Assembly: GCA_016707685.1 (NCBI GenBank)
Contig: JADJHE010000008.1
Location: 31,300-95,299 of the forward strand
DNA from: Bacteroidota bacterium
GTDB lineage: Bacteria; Bacteroidota; Bacteroidia; 2-12-FULL-35-15
Direction: 5' to 3'
Length of the DNA: 64,000 bases
In this document: one piece after another, positions 32,194-41,867 of the stretch
Layout: the number at the start of each line of letters is the position of its first letter
How positions within the stretch are numbered: position 1 is the stretch's first letter
The notes under the pieces: model-generated
What the model saw: only the letters and a program-made list of their open reading frames with translations
The model's database searches: none
Told to the model about the DNA's origin: nothing
Position numbers and translations under genes: made by a program

Positions 32194-34283
32194 AAAAAAT
32201 AATCGGAATTCTATTTCTTTCAATTTTGACAAACAGTTTTATGTTTGCTCAAAAAAGTAAAGTTGTAGTTGATAGTATACAAAAGCTATTGACTGTTACA
32301 AACGATGATGCCTTGATTGTTGAATACAAAAATCAACTAGCCTATGAATATGTTATTGACGATGCTGTTAAAGCAAAAAAAACTGCAACAGAAGCACTTT
32401 CCTTGGCAACAAAAATTAATAATCAGTTAGGAATTTTAAATGCGAATAACAATCTTGGTCTTGCTTGTTATTATACAAACGACTATGACCAAGCATTAAA
32501 GCATTATTATATTTCTCGAGATATTGCTAAGGAATTAAAAAACAATTCGAAATTGGCCGTTGCTTTAAATAACATAGGTTTAGTATACGATGACAAAGCA
32601 GATTATAATAATGCATTAACGTATTATTTGCAATCGTTAAAGCTGGTGGAAGGCACAGGTGAAAGTAAGTCTCAGCTAGCGAGTACATTAAATAACATTG
32701 CATTAATATATCAAACACAAGGAAAATACGAAGAAGCATTATCGTTTCACAACCGAGCATTAAAAATAAAAAGGGAGATTGGAAACAAGCGAGGTGAAGG
32801 AAGCTCTCTACACAATATCGGTTTAGTATATAAACTAAAAGGAGAGTATGATAAAAGTTTAGAGTTCTATCATCGAGCACTTGAACTTCGTAAGTTAATT
32901 AATGATGAGTCGGGAGTTGGACTAACACTCAATAATATTGGGAGTGTATATGATTCAAGAGGAGAATACGATAAGGCACTTCGTTATTTTGAAGAAGCAT
33001 TGGTTATACGTGAAAAATCGCAAGATAAATACGGATTAGCAATTACCTTGTTTAGTATGGGAAGTGCTTATTGTGAACGTAAAGAGTATAAAAAGGGAAA
33101 CGAATTCATAGAACGAGCAATGAACATTGCAAAGGAGATAGGTGCAAAAGAGCTATTAAAGCATGGCTATGAAACCTATGCACTTATTTATGCAGCCCAA
33201 GGCGATTACAAACATGCATACGAAAATCAGAAAGAATACATTGCTGTTAAGGATTCTATTTTAAATGAAACTACAATTCAGCAGTTGAATGAATTGCAAA
33301 CAAAATATGAAAGCGAAAAGAAGCAAAAAGAATTAGAGTTGGTTACCAAGGAAAGCAAAATTCAAGCGCTCGAGTTGAATAAAAATAAATTATGGATGTA
33401 TGTAATGGTTATTGCAATTCTTTTAGTAATAAGTCTTGCCGTACTTTTATTTAATCGCTATAACCTTAAACAAAAAGCAAACGAATTATTAGCACATCAA
33501 AATGCTGAAATAACACAACAGAAAAAGGAAATTACGGATAGTATTAATTATGCTAAACGTATTCAAGAATCTATTTTACCACCTCAAGATCATTGGAAAA
33601 AATTATTACCGAACAGTTTTATTTTTTATCGCCCGAAAGACATTGTAAGTGGCGATTTTTATTGGATAGAGCAAAAACAAAACATTGTTTGCTTTGCAGC
33701 TGTAGATTGTACTGGACATGGGGTCCCAGGGGCTTTGATGAGTGTAGTAGGCTTTAATTTACTGACACAAGCGGTGAATGAAGTGGGTTTAACAAAACCT
33801 TCTGAAATATTAGAACATTTAGATGCAGGTGTTACAAAAACATTGCGACAAACAGAACATGGTAAAGGAGTAAAAGATGGAATGGATTTATCTTTGTGTT
33901 CGTTTGATACAACAACGAATTTGCTGCAATATGCAGGCGCATTTAATGCGTTGTATTACGTTAGAGAAAATACGTTACACGAAATAAAAGCAGATAAATT
34001 TCCAATTGGAGTAAATTTAGATGGCATTGTAGATAATTATAAAAATCATACGATTCAATTACAAAAAGGAGATTGTGTGTATTTGTTTTCGGATGGATAT
34101 GCTGATCAGTTTGGTGGTTCAAAAGGAAAAAAATTCAAATACAATCAATTGAAAAATCTATTTATAGAGATTGCTAAACAGCCAGTTGATGAGCAAAAAC
34201 AAATTATTGCTGATGCTTTTGATGTGTGGAAAGGTGGTTTAGAGCAAGTGGATGATGTTGTAGTAATAGGATTGAAAATCTAA
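32190..34283 (+). CDS. signal peptide, TPR domain, TM helix, PP2C/SpoIIE phosphatase
   Basis: TPR repeats. TM helix LWMYVMVIAILLVISLAVLLF. Phosphatase motifs DIVSGDFYW, DCTGHGVPGALMS, KDGMD and FSDGYADQFGG. The start overlaps the upstream stop by 4 nt (ATGA). Confidence 0.85.
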   Translation: MKKIIGILFLSILTNSFMFAQKSKVVVDSIQKLLTVTNDDALIVEYKNQLAYEYVIDDAVKAKKTATEALSLATKINNQLGILNANNNLGLACYYTNDYDQALKHYYISRDIAKELKNNSKLAVALNNIGLVYDDKADYNNALTYYLQSLKLVEGTGESKSQLASTLNNIALIYQTQGKYEEALSFHNRALKIKREIGNKRGEGSSLHNIGLVYKLKGEYDKSLEFYHRALELRKLINDESGVGLTLNNIGSVYDSRGEYDKALRYFEEALVIREKSQDKYGLAITLFSMGSAYCERKEYKKGNEFIERAMNIAKEIGAKELLKHGYETYALIYAAQGDYKHAYENQKEYIAVKDSILNETTIQQLNELQTKYESEKKQKELELVTKESKIQALELNKNKLWMYVMVIAILLVISLAVLLFNRYNLKQKANELLAHQNAEITQQKKEITDSINYAKRIQESILPPQDHWKKLLPNSFIFYRPKDIVSGDFYWIEQKQNIVCFAAVDCTGHGVPGALMSVVGFNLLTQAVNEVGLTKPSEILEHLDAGVTKTLRQTEHGKGVKDGMDLSLCSFDTTTNLLQYAGAFNALYYVRENTLHEIKADKFPIGVNLDGIVDNYKNHTIQLQKGDCVYLFSDGYADQFGGSKGKKFKYNQLKNLFIEIAKQPVDEQKQIIADAFDVWKGGLEQVDDVVVIGLKI

Positions 34284-35008
34284 TTGTTGATTTCCAGTTT
34301 TGTACAAGCATCTTCTGAAGCCAATTGTTCTGCACGTTTTTTAGAAAAGTGTTGTGCTATTCCAACAACTTCATTGTCGACAAGTAAGTGTATTAAAAAC
34401 ATTTTATCTGCGGAGTTTGCAGCATCAATAATTATACTGAACACAAATTCCTTTTTTTCTTTTTGTGCCCACTCAATAAATTTACTCTTAAAATCTACTT
34501 CTTTTGTTTCTAATTCATCAATATCCATATGCACATTGATAATTCGTTTTAGAATATATTCTTTCGTTGCATTATACCCTTTGTCGAGATAGATAGCGCC
34601 AATTAATGCTTCGTAAGCATCGCCATTGATTGAGCTTGGTTTGCTGCCACGATCGTTATTCGTTTCAATGAATTTGTTCAAACCAAGCTTTAATGCAATT
34701 TGGTTGTGTTGGTTGCGGCTCACCATTTTAGAACGCATCTTGGTCAAGAAGCCTTCGTCTTTGTAAGGAAATTTTTTGAATAGATATTCTGCTATCACAG
34801 TACCAATAATGGAATCGCCTAAAAATTCTAGGCGTTCATTACTGTCTTTAATTCCTTTTTGTAAATGTTGTGCAGCAGAGCTATGGCGGAAAGCCAATTT
34901 GTACAAATCAATATTGGTTGGATAAAATCCAAGGATATTGCGTAATGATTCGTGCAGTTTTTTTTCAGGAGAAAAATAAACGCGTATTGGCTTTTGAAAA
35001 ACGCTCAA
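34280..35008 (-). CDS. rnc: ribonuclease III
   Basis: The RNase III signature ERLEFLGDSIIG is followed by a C-terminal dsRBD-like region. Confidence 0.9.
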   Translation of the reverse strand: MSVFQKPIRVYFSPEKKLHESLRNILGFYPTNIDLYKLAFRHSSAAQHLQKGIKDSNERLEFLGDSIIGTVIAEYLFKKFPYKDEGFLTKMRSKMVSRNQHNQIALKLGLNKFIETNNDRGSKPSSINGDAYEALIGAIYLDKGYNATKEYILKRIINVHMDIDELETKEVDFKSKFIEWAQKEKKEFVFSIIIDAANSADKMFLIHLLVDNEVVGIAQHFSKKRAEQLASEDACTKLEINN

Positions 35009-35023
35009 TCGGGAAACGATTAG

Positions 35024-36280
35024 TTAGGCTTTGTATTTTTTTACAATAACAGAAGCATTGTGTCCACCAAATCCAAATGTGTTGCTTAATGCAGCACGAA
35101 CTTCGCGTTTTTGAGCTTTGTTAAATGTAAAATTTAATTTGTTGTCCAATGCTGGATCATCTGTAAAGTGATTGATTGTTGGAGGAACAATATCATTCTG
35201 AACAGATAAAACACAAGCAATCGCCTCAATAGCACCAGCAGCACCTAATAAGTGACCAGTCATTGATTTGGTTGAGCTAATGTTTAGTTTGTAAGCATGT
35301 TCACCAAAAACACCAAGGATGGCTTTTGATTCGGCAACATCACCAAGTGGAGTAGATGTTCCGTGAACATTTACATAATCAATATCTTCAGCTTTCATTT
35401 CTGCATCTTCTAATGCAAGGCGCATTACATTACGTGCTCCTAATCCTTCTGGATGAGGCGCTGTAATGTGATTTGCATCGGCAGTCATTCCACCACCTAC
35501 AACTTCAGCATAAATTTTAGCACCACGCTTTAATGCGTGTTCAAGTTCTTCAAGAATTAAAGCACCAGCTCCTTCACCCAATACAAAACCATCACGGTTT
35601 GCATCAAATGGACGAGATGCTGTTTCAGGAGATTCGTTGTTTGTAGACAATGCATGCATTGCGTTGAATCCACCGATACCTGCTTCGCATACTGCAGCTT
35701 CTGATCCACCAGTAACAATAATGTCTGCTTTGCCCAATTTAATGTACATAGCAGCATCAATTAATGCGTTGGTTGATGAAGCACAAGCTGAAACGGTTGT
35801 GAAATTTGGTCCGCGCATACCATACATGATGGAAATGTGTCCAGAACAAATATCAGCAATCATTTTCGGAATAAAGAATGGATTAAAACGAGGAGTTCCA
35901 TCACCTTTTGCATAGCCAAAACATTCGTCTTGGAAGGTTTGTAAACCACCTATTCCTGAACCCCAGATTACTCCAGTTCTATCAGGATCAAAAGCGCCTT
36001 CTTTGTCCAATCCAGCATCTTTTACTGCTTGCATTGCTGAAACTAAACCATATTGAGAAAATGGATCTAGCTTACGAGCTTCTTTTCTGTCTAAGAAGTC
36101 TTCAGGATTAAATCCTTTAACTTCACAGGCAAAACGAGTTTTAAACTTTGAAGCATCGAAACGAGTAATAGGTGCAGCTCCGCTAACACCATTTAATAGG
36201 TTATTCCAATAATCGGTAACCGTATTACCAAGTGGCGTAATTGCGCCTAGGCCTGTAACTACTACTCGTCTCAACTTCAT
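35024..36280 (-). CDS. fabF: beta-ketoacyl-ACP synthase II
   Basis: The KAS active-site context (..SACASS.., HGTSTPLGD, GHLLGAAG) is present. It lies next to acpP. Confidence 0.9.
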   Translation of the reverse strand: MKLRRVVVTGLGAITPLGNTVTDYWNNLLNGVSGAAPITRFDASKFKTRFACEVKGFNPEDFLDRKEARKLDPFSQYGLVSAMQAVKDAGLDKEGAFDPDRTGVIWGSGIGGLQTFQDECFGYAKGDGTPRFNPFFIPKMIADICSGHISIMYGMRGPNFTTVSACASSTNALIDAAMYIKLGKADIIVTGGSEAAVCEAGIGGFNAMHALSTNNESPETASRPFDANRDGFVLGEGAGALILEELEHALKRGAKIYAEVVGGGMTADANHITAPHPEGLGARNVMRLALEDAEMKAEDIDYVNVHGTSTPLGDVAESKAILGVFGEHAYKLNISSTKSMTGHLLGAAGAIEAIACVLSVQNDIVPPTINHFTDDPALDNKLNFTFNKAQKREVRAALSNTFGFGGHNASVIVKKYKA

Positions 36281-36300
36281 TCAAATAAATCTTTTAAGGA

Positions 36301-36537
36301 TTATTTTGCGTTTGCTTCAATGTAAGAAATTGCGTCACCTACTGTACCAATTTTTTCAGCTTGGTCATCAGGGATAGCGATGTTAAATTCTTTTTCAAAC
36401 TCCATGATTAGTTCTACAGTGTCTAATGAGTCTGCTCCTAAATCATTTGTAAAGCTAGCTGTTGGTGTTACTTCTTTTTCGTCAACACCTAATTTATCAA
36501 CGATGATAGCTTTTACTTTTGTTGCAATGTCTGACAT
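36301..36537 (-). CDS. acpP: acyl carrier protein
   Basis: The phosphopantetheine attachment motif [13 protein letters not shown] is present. Length is 78 aa. Confidence 0.9.
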   Translation of the reverse strand: MSDIATKVKAIIVDKLGVDEKEVTPTASFTNDLGADSLDTVELIMEFEKEFNIAIPDDQAEKIGTVGDAISYIEANAK

Positions 36538-36610
36538 TTTTAAAATGTTTTATTGGTTAATTTGGGTGCAAAGATATAGTTATATGCATAATTACAAAAA
36601 AAAAGGGGAA

Positions 36611-37282
36611 TTATTCATAAAAAATCGCAATATCATTTATGTTTTTTCTCTGTAAATCAGGAACTTGTGTTTTTTCTAGTGGGTAACCAACTGGTATTAA
36701 AAGAAAAGGACGCTCGTTTTCGGGGCGTTCTAGTAATTTTGTCAAAAAATTCATTGGACTTGGTGTATGGGTTAAAGCAACCAATCCTGCGTTATGGATA
36801 GCTGTTAGCAAAAATCCACTTGCCAAACCAACTGATTCAGCAACATAATAATTGTTCCTTTTATCATTATTCACAAGTTCATAGACCCTTTTGAAGACAA
36901 TAATTAGAGCTGGAGCGATTTCTAAAAAGGGTTTGTTCCAATCGGTTCCTAAAGGAGCCAAATCTTCAAGCCATTCTTTCGACATTCTTCCATTATAACT
37001 TTCTTGCTCTTCTTTTTCAGCAGCAATTCTAATCTCTTTTTTTAGTATAGGATTTGTTACAACACAAAATGTCCACGGTTGTTTGTGTGCACCTGAAGGA
37101 GCTGTTGATGCTGATAGCAGGATGTTTTCAAGGATGTTTTTATCAATCTTTTTTTCTGAAAATTCCCTAACCGTTCTTCTTTTATCAAGCCAATTATAAA
37201 AGTCGGAGCTTCGTTGAAGTGTTTCTTCTGGTCCGTAAGTTTCTTTTGTATAGTTAATGTATGGAAAGGGGTTGTTCATCAT
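36611..37282 (-). CDS. nitroreductase-family flavoprotein resembling iodotyrosine deiodinase (IYD)
   Basis: RRTVREFS...SASTAPSGAHKQPWTF is a nitroreductase FMN-binding signature. The start was set at the internal MMNNPF at 37282. Confidence 0.7.
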   Translation of the reverse strand: MMNNPFPYINYTKETYGPEETLQRSSDFYNWLDKRRTVREFSEKKIDKNILENILLSASTAPSGAHKQPWTFCVVTNPILKKEIRIAAEKEEQESYNGRMSKEWLEDLAPLGTDWNKPFLEIAPALIIVFKRVYELVNNDKRNNYYVAESVGLASGFLLTAIHNAGLVALTHTPSPMNFLTKLLERPENERPFLLIPVGYPLEKTQVPDLQRKNINDIAIFYE

Positions 37283-37318
37283 AAAAATTGCTTTCCGTAA
37301 AAATACTACTTTTGCAGT

Positions 37319-37894
37319 ATGATTTCTAAAAACATAGCCATTTTTGCTTCGGGTGAAGGAACCAATGCACAGCGTATCATCGACTATTTTAAAAACTCCG
37401 AAAAGATACATGTAGCACTGGTAGTTTCGAATAAAGAAACAGCCAATGTTTTAAATCGTGCAAAAGCAGCTTCCATCGAGACCTACTTGTTAAGCAAGGC
37501 CGATTTTGTGGAGAATGATACGACTATTCGTTTTTTAAAATCGAAAAATATCGATTTAATTGTGCTAGCTGGCTTTTTATGGATGATTCCTGAAAATTTG
37601 GTGAAAGCATTTCCCAATAAAATAATTAACATTCATCCTGCATTATTGCCCAAATTTGGCGGTAAAGGGATGTATGGCATGAATGTACATAATGCGGTAA
37701 TTCAGGCGAAGGAACAACAAAGTGGAATTTCTATTCATTTTGTGAACGAACATTACGATGAAGGAGAAATCATTTCGCAACATACATGTACTGTTTCTGA
37801 AAATGATACGCCCGAAAGCTTGGCAATAAAAATTCATGAATTGGAGTACGAATTTTTCCCAAAAGCAATTGAAAAAGTGCTTTCAACAAATTGA
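37319..37894 (+). CDS. purN: phosphoribosylglycinamide formyltransferase
   Basis: AIFASGEGTN, NIHPALLPKFGG and the Formyl_trans_N fold in 191 aa. Confidence 0.85.
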   Translation: MISKNIAIFASGEGTNAQRIIDYFKNSEKIHVALVVSNKETANVLNRAKAASIETYLLSKADFVENDTTIRFLKSKNIDLIVLAGFLWMIPENLVKAFPNKIINIHPALLPKFGGKGMYGMNVHNAVIQAKEQQSGISIHFVNEHYDEGEIISQHTCTVSENDTPESLAIKIHELEYEFFPKAIEKVLSTN

Positions 37895-37959
37895 TTCAAC
37901 TAAATAGTTGATATTCGTATATTCTAAATTAACTCGTGTAAAATTAAAAAAGCCTAAAA

Positions 37960-38526
37960 ATGGAATTTAACTTTAAAGAAATAGCCACCATCAGCATGAT
38001 TTTATTTGCGGTGATTGATGTAGTAGGTTCCTTACCTGTTTTGCTTGATCTACAACAAAAAGTAGGAAAAATTCAATCCGAAAAAGCAACCTTGGTTTCG
38101 GGTGTTATTATGATTGCTTTTATGTTTGTAGGCGAACAAATTTTAAGTTTAATTGGCATTGATGTTAGTTCGTTTGCCATTGCAGGTTCGTTCATCATTT
38201 TCTTTTTAGCATTGGAAATGATTTTAGGCGTTAAGTTTTACAAAGAAGAAACTGCAGCTACCGCATCGGTGGTTCCTATTGCTTTTCCTTTGATTGCTGG
38301 AACGGGAACATTAACAACCTTACTTTCCTTACGCGCAGAGTATCACCTCGAAAATTTAATTGTAGCAATCCTTATTAATTTAGTTTTTGTATACATCGTT
38401 TTGCGAAACACTTATCGCTTGGAACATATTTTAGGTCCAGGTGGAATTAATATTTTGAGAAAAGTATTTGGTGTAATTCTTTTAGCAATTGCAGTAAAAT
38501 TGTTTAGAACACACGCGGGATTGTAA
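37960..38526 (+). CDS. MarC family (UPF0056) integral membrane protein
   Basis: Six-TM profile. The N-terminus ISMILFAVIDVVGSLPV is typical of MarC. Confidence 0.75.
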   Translation: MEFNFKEIATISMILFAVIDVVGSLPVLLDLQQKVGKIQSEKATLVSGVIMIAFMFVGEQILSLIGIDVSSFAIAGSFIIFFLALEMILGVKFYKEETAATASVVPIAFPLIAGTGTLTTLLSLRAEYHLENLIVAILINLVFVYIVLRNTYRLEHILGPGGINILRKVFGVILLAIAVKLFRTHAGL

Positions 38527-38530
38527 AATT

Positions 38531-38607
38531 AGACATAAGAAGATAGACAATTTAAAGTAGTAGACAAAGGACAAGATAAAAAGTAGACAAATAAACAGTG
38601 GACAAGA
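38531..38607 (+). repeat. array of TAGACAA/GGACAAG heptamer repeats upstream of the four-helix-bundle gene
   Basis: agacata, tagacaa three times, ggacaag twice within 77 bp. Confidence 0.7.
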
Positions 38608-39014
38608 AAATTGATATTGATAAAAAAACTGAAAAAGCAAAAACCGCTTTTAAGTTTAAGGATCTTACTGTTTATAAAAAAGCATTTTCTCTCGCAATGG
38701 AGATTTTTCATGTTTCAAAGCATTTTCCTGAAAATGAGAAATATGGTCTGACTAGCCAGATAAGACGCTCATCCCGTTCAGTTTGTTCTTCAATAGGTGA
38801 AGGTTATCGAAAAAGAAGATATGAGGCACATTTTATCAGCAAAACAAGTGATGCGGATATGGAAAATAGTGAAACAAGTGTTTGGATTGATTTTGCTTTT
38901 GAATGTGGTTATATTGATGAGGACTCAAAAGAAAAGTTAAACGATAAAGCAGCTGAAATAGGGAGGTTACTAAATCACATGATTGAAAATCCAGAAAAGT
39001 ATAATAGAAATTAA
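38598..39014 (+). CDS. four-helix-bundle protein of the '23S rRNA-intervening-sequence protein' family
   Basis: FKDLTVYKKAFSLAMEIF...IGEGYRKR signature. It has a GTG start. Inverted GTAGACAA arrays flank it. Confidence 0.75.
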   Translation: MDKKIDIDKKTEKAKTAFKFKDLTVYKKAFSLAMEIFHVSKHFPENEKYGLTSQIRRSSRSVCSSIGEGYRKRRYEAHFISKTSDADMENSETSVWIDFAFECGYIDEDSKEKLNDKAAEIGRLLNHMIENPEKYNRN

Positions 39015-39058
39015 TTGCACCAATTGTGAAGTTTAAAACAATTGCAAATTGATTTTAT

Positions 39059-39094
39059 TTTGTCTACTGTCTATTTTTTTCAAATTGTCTACTT
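39059..39094 (+). repeat. inverted copies (TTGTCTAC) of the upstream repeat, downstream of the four-helix-bundle gene
   Basis: ttgtctactgtctat and ttgtctactt are the reverse complement of gtagacaa/atagaca. Confidence 0.7.
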
Positions 39095-39111
39095 ATAATT
39101 AAGCATAAAAC

Positions 39112-39588
39112 ATGATAAAAATATACACTGATGGTGCATCAAGAGGAAACCCGGGTCCAGGCGGATTTGGTGTGGTAATGATTTATGGTGCATTGCGGAA
39201 AGAAATTTCAGAAGGTTTTCGATACACCACCAATAACCGTATGGAGTTATTGAGTGTGATTGTTGCACTTGAAAGTTTAAAAAAAGAAGGAACAACCGTT
39301 ACCATTTATTCCGATTCAAAATATGTGGTAGATTCTGTTGAGCAAAAGTGGGTGTTCGGTTGGGAGAAAAAATATTTTAAGGATAAAAAGAACGAAGATT
39401 TGTGGAAACGGTTTTTACGTATTTACCGAAAACACAATGTAAAATTTGTTTGGGTAAAAGGGCATGCATCTAATAAAGAAAACAACCGTTGCGATGAATT
39501 AGCCGTTGCCGCAGCATTGGGTGGTCATTTAAAAATTGATCATGGCTACGAAGAAGAAAACAAAAAGGCAGACTCTAAACTTTTATAA
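39112..39588 (+). CDS. rnhA: ribonuclease HI
   Basis: TDGASRGNPGPGG, NNRMEL, YSDSKYV and KGHA..NNRCDELA contain the RNase H catalytic DEDD residues. Confidence 0.9.
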   Translation: MIKIYTDGASRGNPGPGGFGVVMIYGALRKEISEGFRYTTNNRMELLSVIVALESLKKEGTTVTIYSDSKYVVDSVEQKWVFGWEKKYFKDKKNEDLWKRFLRIYRKHNVKFVWVKGHASNKENNRCDELAVAAALGGHLKIDHGYEEENKKADSKLL

Positions 39589-39606
39589 ATAAACCGCCCA
39601 AATTTC

Positions 39607-39649
39607 GGGAGGTTTTTTAAAATATTACCCCCTCTCCTTAGGAGAGGGG
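39607..39649. terminator. bidirectional terminator region between the convergent rnhA and SDR genes
   Basis: GGGAGG followed by TTTTTT, then a 9-bp GC-rich hairpin CCCCTCTCC-TTA-GGAGAGGGG. Confidence 0.55.
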
Positions 39650-39665
39650 ATGAAGGGGAGAGGTG

Positions 39666-40454
39666 TTACAAACATCCCGTTCTTCCACCATCCACAGGAA
39701 CATTAATTCCTGTAATGTAGGATGCTGCAGGCGATGCTAAAAACGCAACTGCATTTGCAATTTCAGATGCCTCAGCAAATCGTCCCAATGGAATTTCACT
39801 TTCCATTTCATTTTTAATTTCATTTAAGGATTCACCTGTGTTTTTTGATTTGTTTTCAATAATGGTGCTTAATCGTCCGGTTAATGTTGCACCTGGCAAC
39901 ACATTGTTTACGGTGATTCCAAACGAAGCAACTTCATTGGATAAGGTCTTACTCCAGTTAGCAACAGCTGCACGAATGGTATTGGAAACACCTAAGTTTT
40001 TCAATGGCATTTTAACAGAGGTGCTAATGATGTTAATTACACGTCCGTATTGTTCTTTTTTCATTCCTTCAATTAATGCTTGCACCAAAATATGGTTACA
40101 AACTAAATGATTGTTGAATGCTTGAATGAACTCATCCACTTTTGCATTTTGAATAAGTCCGCTTGGCGGACCACCCGTATTATTTACCAAAATATGTACG
40201 TTGCCATGTGTTGCAACGTGGTTGTCAACTTTCTCTTTTAAAATTTTTGGTGTTTGAAAATCAACTGCTAAGTATTCGTGCTTTTGACCTTTCGAAACAT
40301 CTAAATCTTTGATGGCTTCTTTCAGCGATTCTTCATTACGAGCAATCAAAACAATATTTGCTCCTAATAATGCTAATTCAATAGCAGATGCTTTTCCGAT
40401 TCCTTGTGTACTACCGCAAACCATTGCGGTTTTTCCTGTTAAGTCTAAATTCAT
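39666..40454 (-). CDS. SDR family oxidoreductase, FabG-like 3-oxoacyl-ACP reductase family
   Basis: The N-terminal GKTAMVCGSTQGIG Rossmann motif. About 260 aa. Confidence 0.8.
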   Translation of the reverse strand: MNLDLTGKTAMVCGSTQGIGKASAIELALLGANIVLIARNEESLKEAIKDLDVSKGQKHEYLAVDFQTPKILKEKVDNHVATHGNVHILVNNTGGPPSGLIQNAKVDEFIQAFNNHLVCNHILVQALIEGMKKEQYGRVINIISTSVKMPLKNLGVSNTIRAAVANWSKTLSNEVASFGITVNNVLPGATLTGRLSTIIENKSKNTGESLNEIKNEMESEIPLGRFAEASEIANAVAFLASPAASYITGINVPVDGGRTGCL

Positions 40455-40558
40455 GCTGTAAAAGTAGCAAATTCAAAGCAAACCTTTGTTGTTTGACATA
40501 AAATTAAAATACTTTTATATCTTTATAAGACAATAAACACTTAAACTAAAATCCTCCT

Positions 40559-41815
40559 ATGAAAAAGCAATTAATAGCCATGCTCTCCATTTTCCTATTT
40601 ATTGGGATTATACAAAATTCGAATGCTCAACAAATGAAAACAGATAAAGAGTTTTTTACTGTAGAGGGAGCATATAATTTTATCATTCTTAAGAAAGACA
40701 TTAAAACGCAAAAGGTGATTTCTAAGGTGGAAACAAAAATCCCTGATAAAAGTCAAAAAGAAATGTTTTATCCAGGCTCAAACTTTGCCAACTTCGAGTT
40801 GATAGGGAATGAAATTGTAATTGTTTACGATATATGGCAAAAGTCAACTGGAACAAAAGATTGTTCTATTAAAACATTAAACATAAAAACAAACAAATTC
40901 AGCATTCCAAAATTAATTTATTCTACAAAGGTAAATTCTGTTTACAGTTCAAATGAAATCATTTACAAACCTGTTTATTCTCCTGATAGAACCAAGCTCG
41001 CTATTTTAAAAGATAATCTTTCTCCAAGTTATGATATTGAACCAGAAATTAATATTTATGACACAAAGACGCTGAATGTACTTTCTACAAAAAAAATGAG
41101 CTCGAAATACGAAGGTCAAAAAAGAGTTATCAATCAAAATTATACAATGGACGATAACGGAAATATTGCCCTTACATTTAGTCTTTTGAATGAGAAAACA
41201 AAAATGACTACAAAGACATTTTCGGCAGAAATTCCTTTTAAAGATACGGATATGAAAAATATAAAGGAGGGATCAGGAGCAGTGTCTAGTGAAGGTGGTG
41301 TTGATCAAAAGGCACATGGAAATTTTTATAAATCGCTCGAAGATTATCTTAATAACAAGCCGGTTGCAGGGACAAGAATGAAAAATGGAAGTTTTAGCTG
41401 GACAATGATTGGCGGTACAGATTATAAGCTCATTGACGATGACGGGAATATTAAAAAAGAAGATGCTAAAAATCTTCCTGCTGAATTGTTTACCTATAAA
41501 AGAGACAATTATTCTACACCAATGCTTATAAGACTTATTGAAGATAAACCATATATTGTATTGGTAGCTGGTAAGCTGTGTTACTACTCTTTATATTTAG
41601 AACAAGGAAGTCGTTTTTATGCAGAAGGATGGGACGGTAAGCTGAAAAAATTTAAAGAGGATGAATTTGAAGCGTATTTAGCGAAATACAATTTGTTAGA
41701 AGACTACAAAAAGGACAGACCCAAAAGAGAATTTAAAGATGATGTAAATGGTTATTTTAATAAGGTTATTAGTTGGGAAATAAAATACTTTAATTTATTA
41801 AATGAAAAAATGTAA
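40559..41815 (+). CDS. secreted hypothetical protein of 418 aa
   Basis: Signal peptide MKKQLIAMLSIFLFIGIIQNSNAQQ. No motifs I recognise. Confidence 0.5.
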   Translation: MKKQLIAMLSIFLFIGIIQNSNAQQMKTDKEFFTVEGAYNFIILKKDIKTQKVISKVETKIPDKSQKEMFYPGSNFANFELIGNEIVIVYDIWQKSTGTKDCSIKTLNIKTNKFSIPKLIYSTKVNSVYSSNEIIYKPVYSPDRTKLAILKDNLSPSYDIEPEINIYDTKTLNVLSTKKMSSKYEGQKRVINQNYTMDDNGNIALTFSLLNEKTKMTTKTFSAEIPFKDTDMKNIKEGSGAVSSEGGVDQKAHGNFYKSLEDYLNNKPVAGTRMKNGSFSWTMIGGTDYKLIDDDGNIKKEDAKNLPAELFTYKRDNYSTPMLIRLIEDKPYIVLVAGKLCYYSLYLEQGSRFYAEGWDGKLKKFKEDEFEAYLAKYNLLEDYKKDRPKREFKDDVNGYFNKVISWEIKYFNLLNEKM

Positions 41816-41832
41816 TTGTAATTGAAGACAAT

Positions 41833-41867
41833 AAAAAAAGGCGAAGAATTTTTCTTCGCCTTTTTTT
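41833..41867. terminator. bidirectional rho-independent terminator
   Basis: AAAAAAA-GGCGAAGAA-TTT-TTCTTCGCC-TTTTTTT between two convergent genes. Confidence 0.75.
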
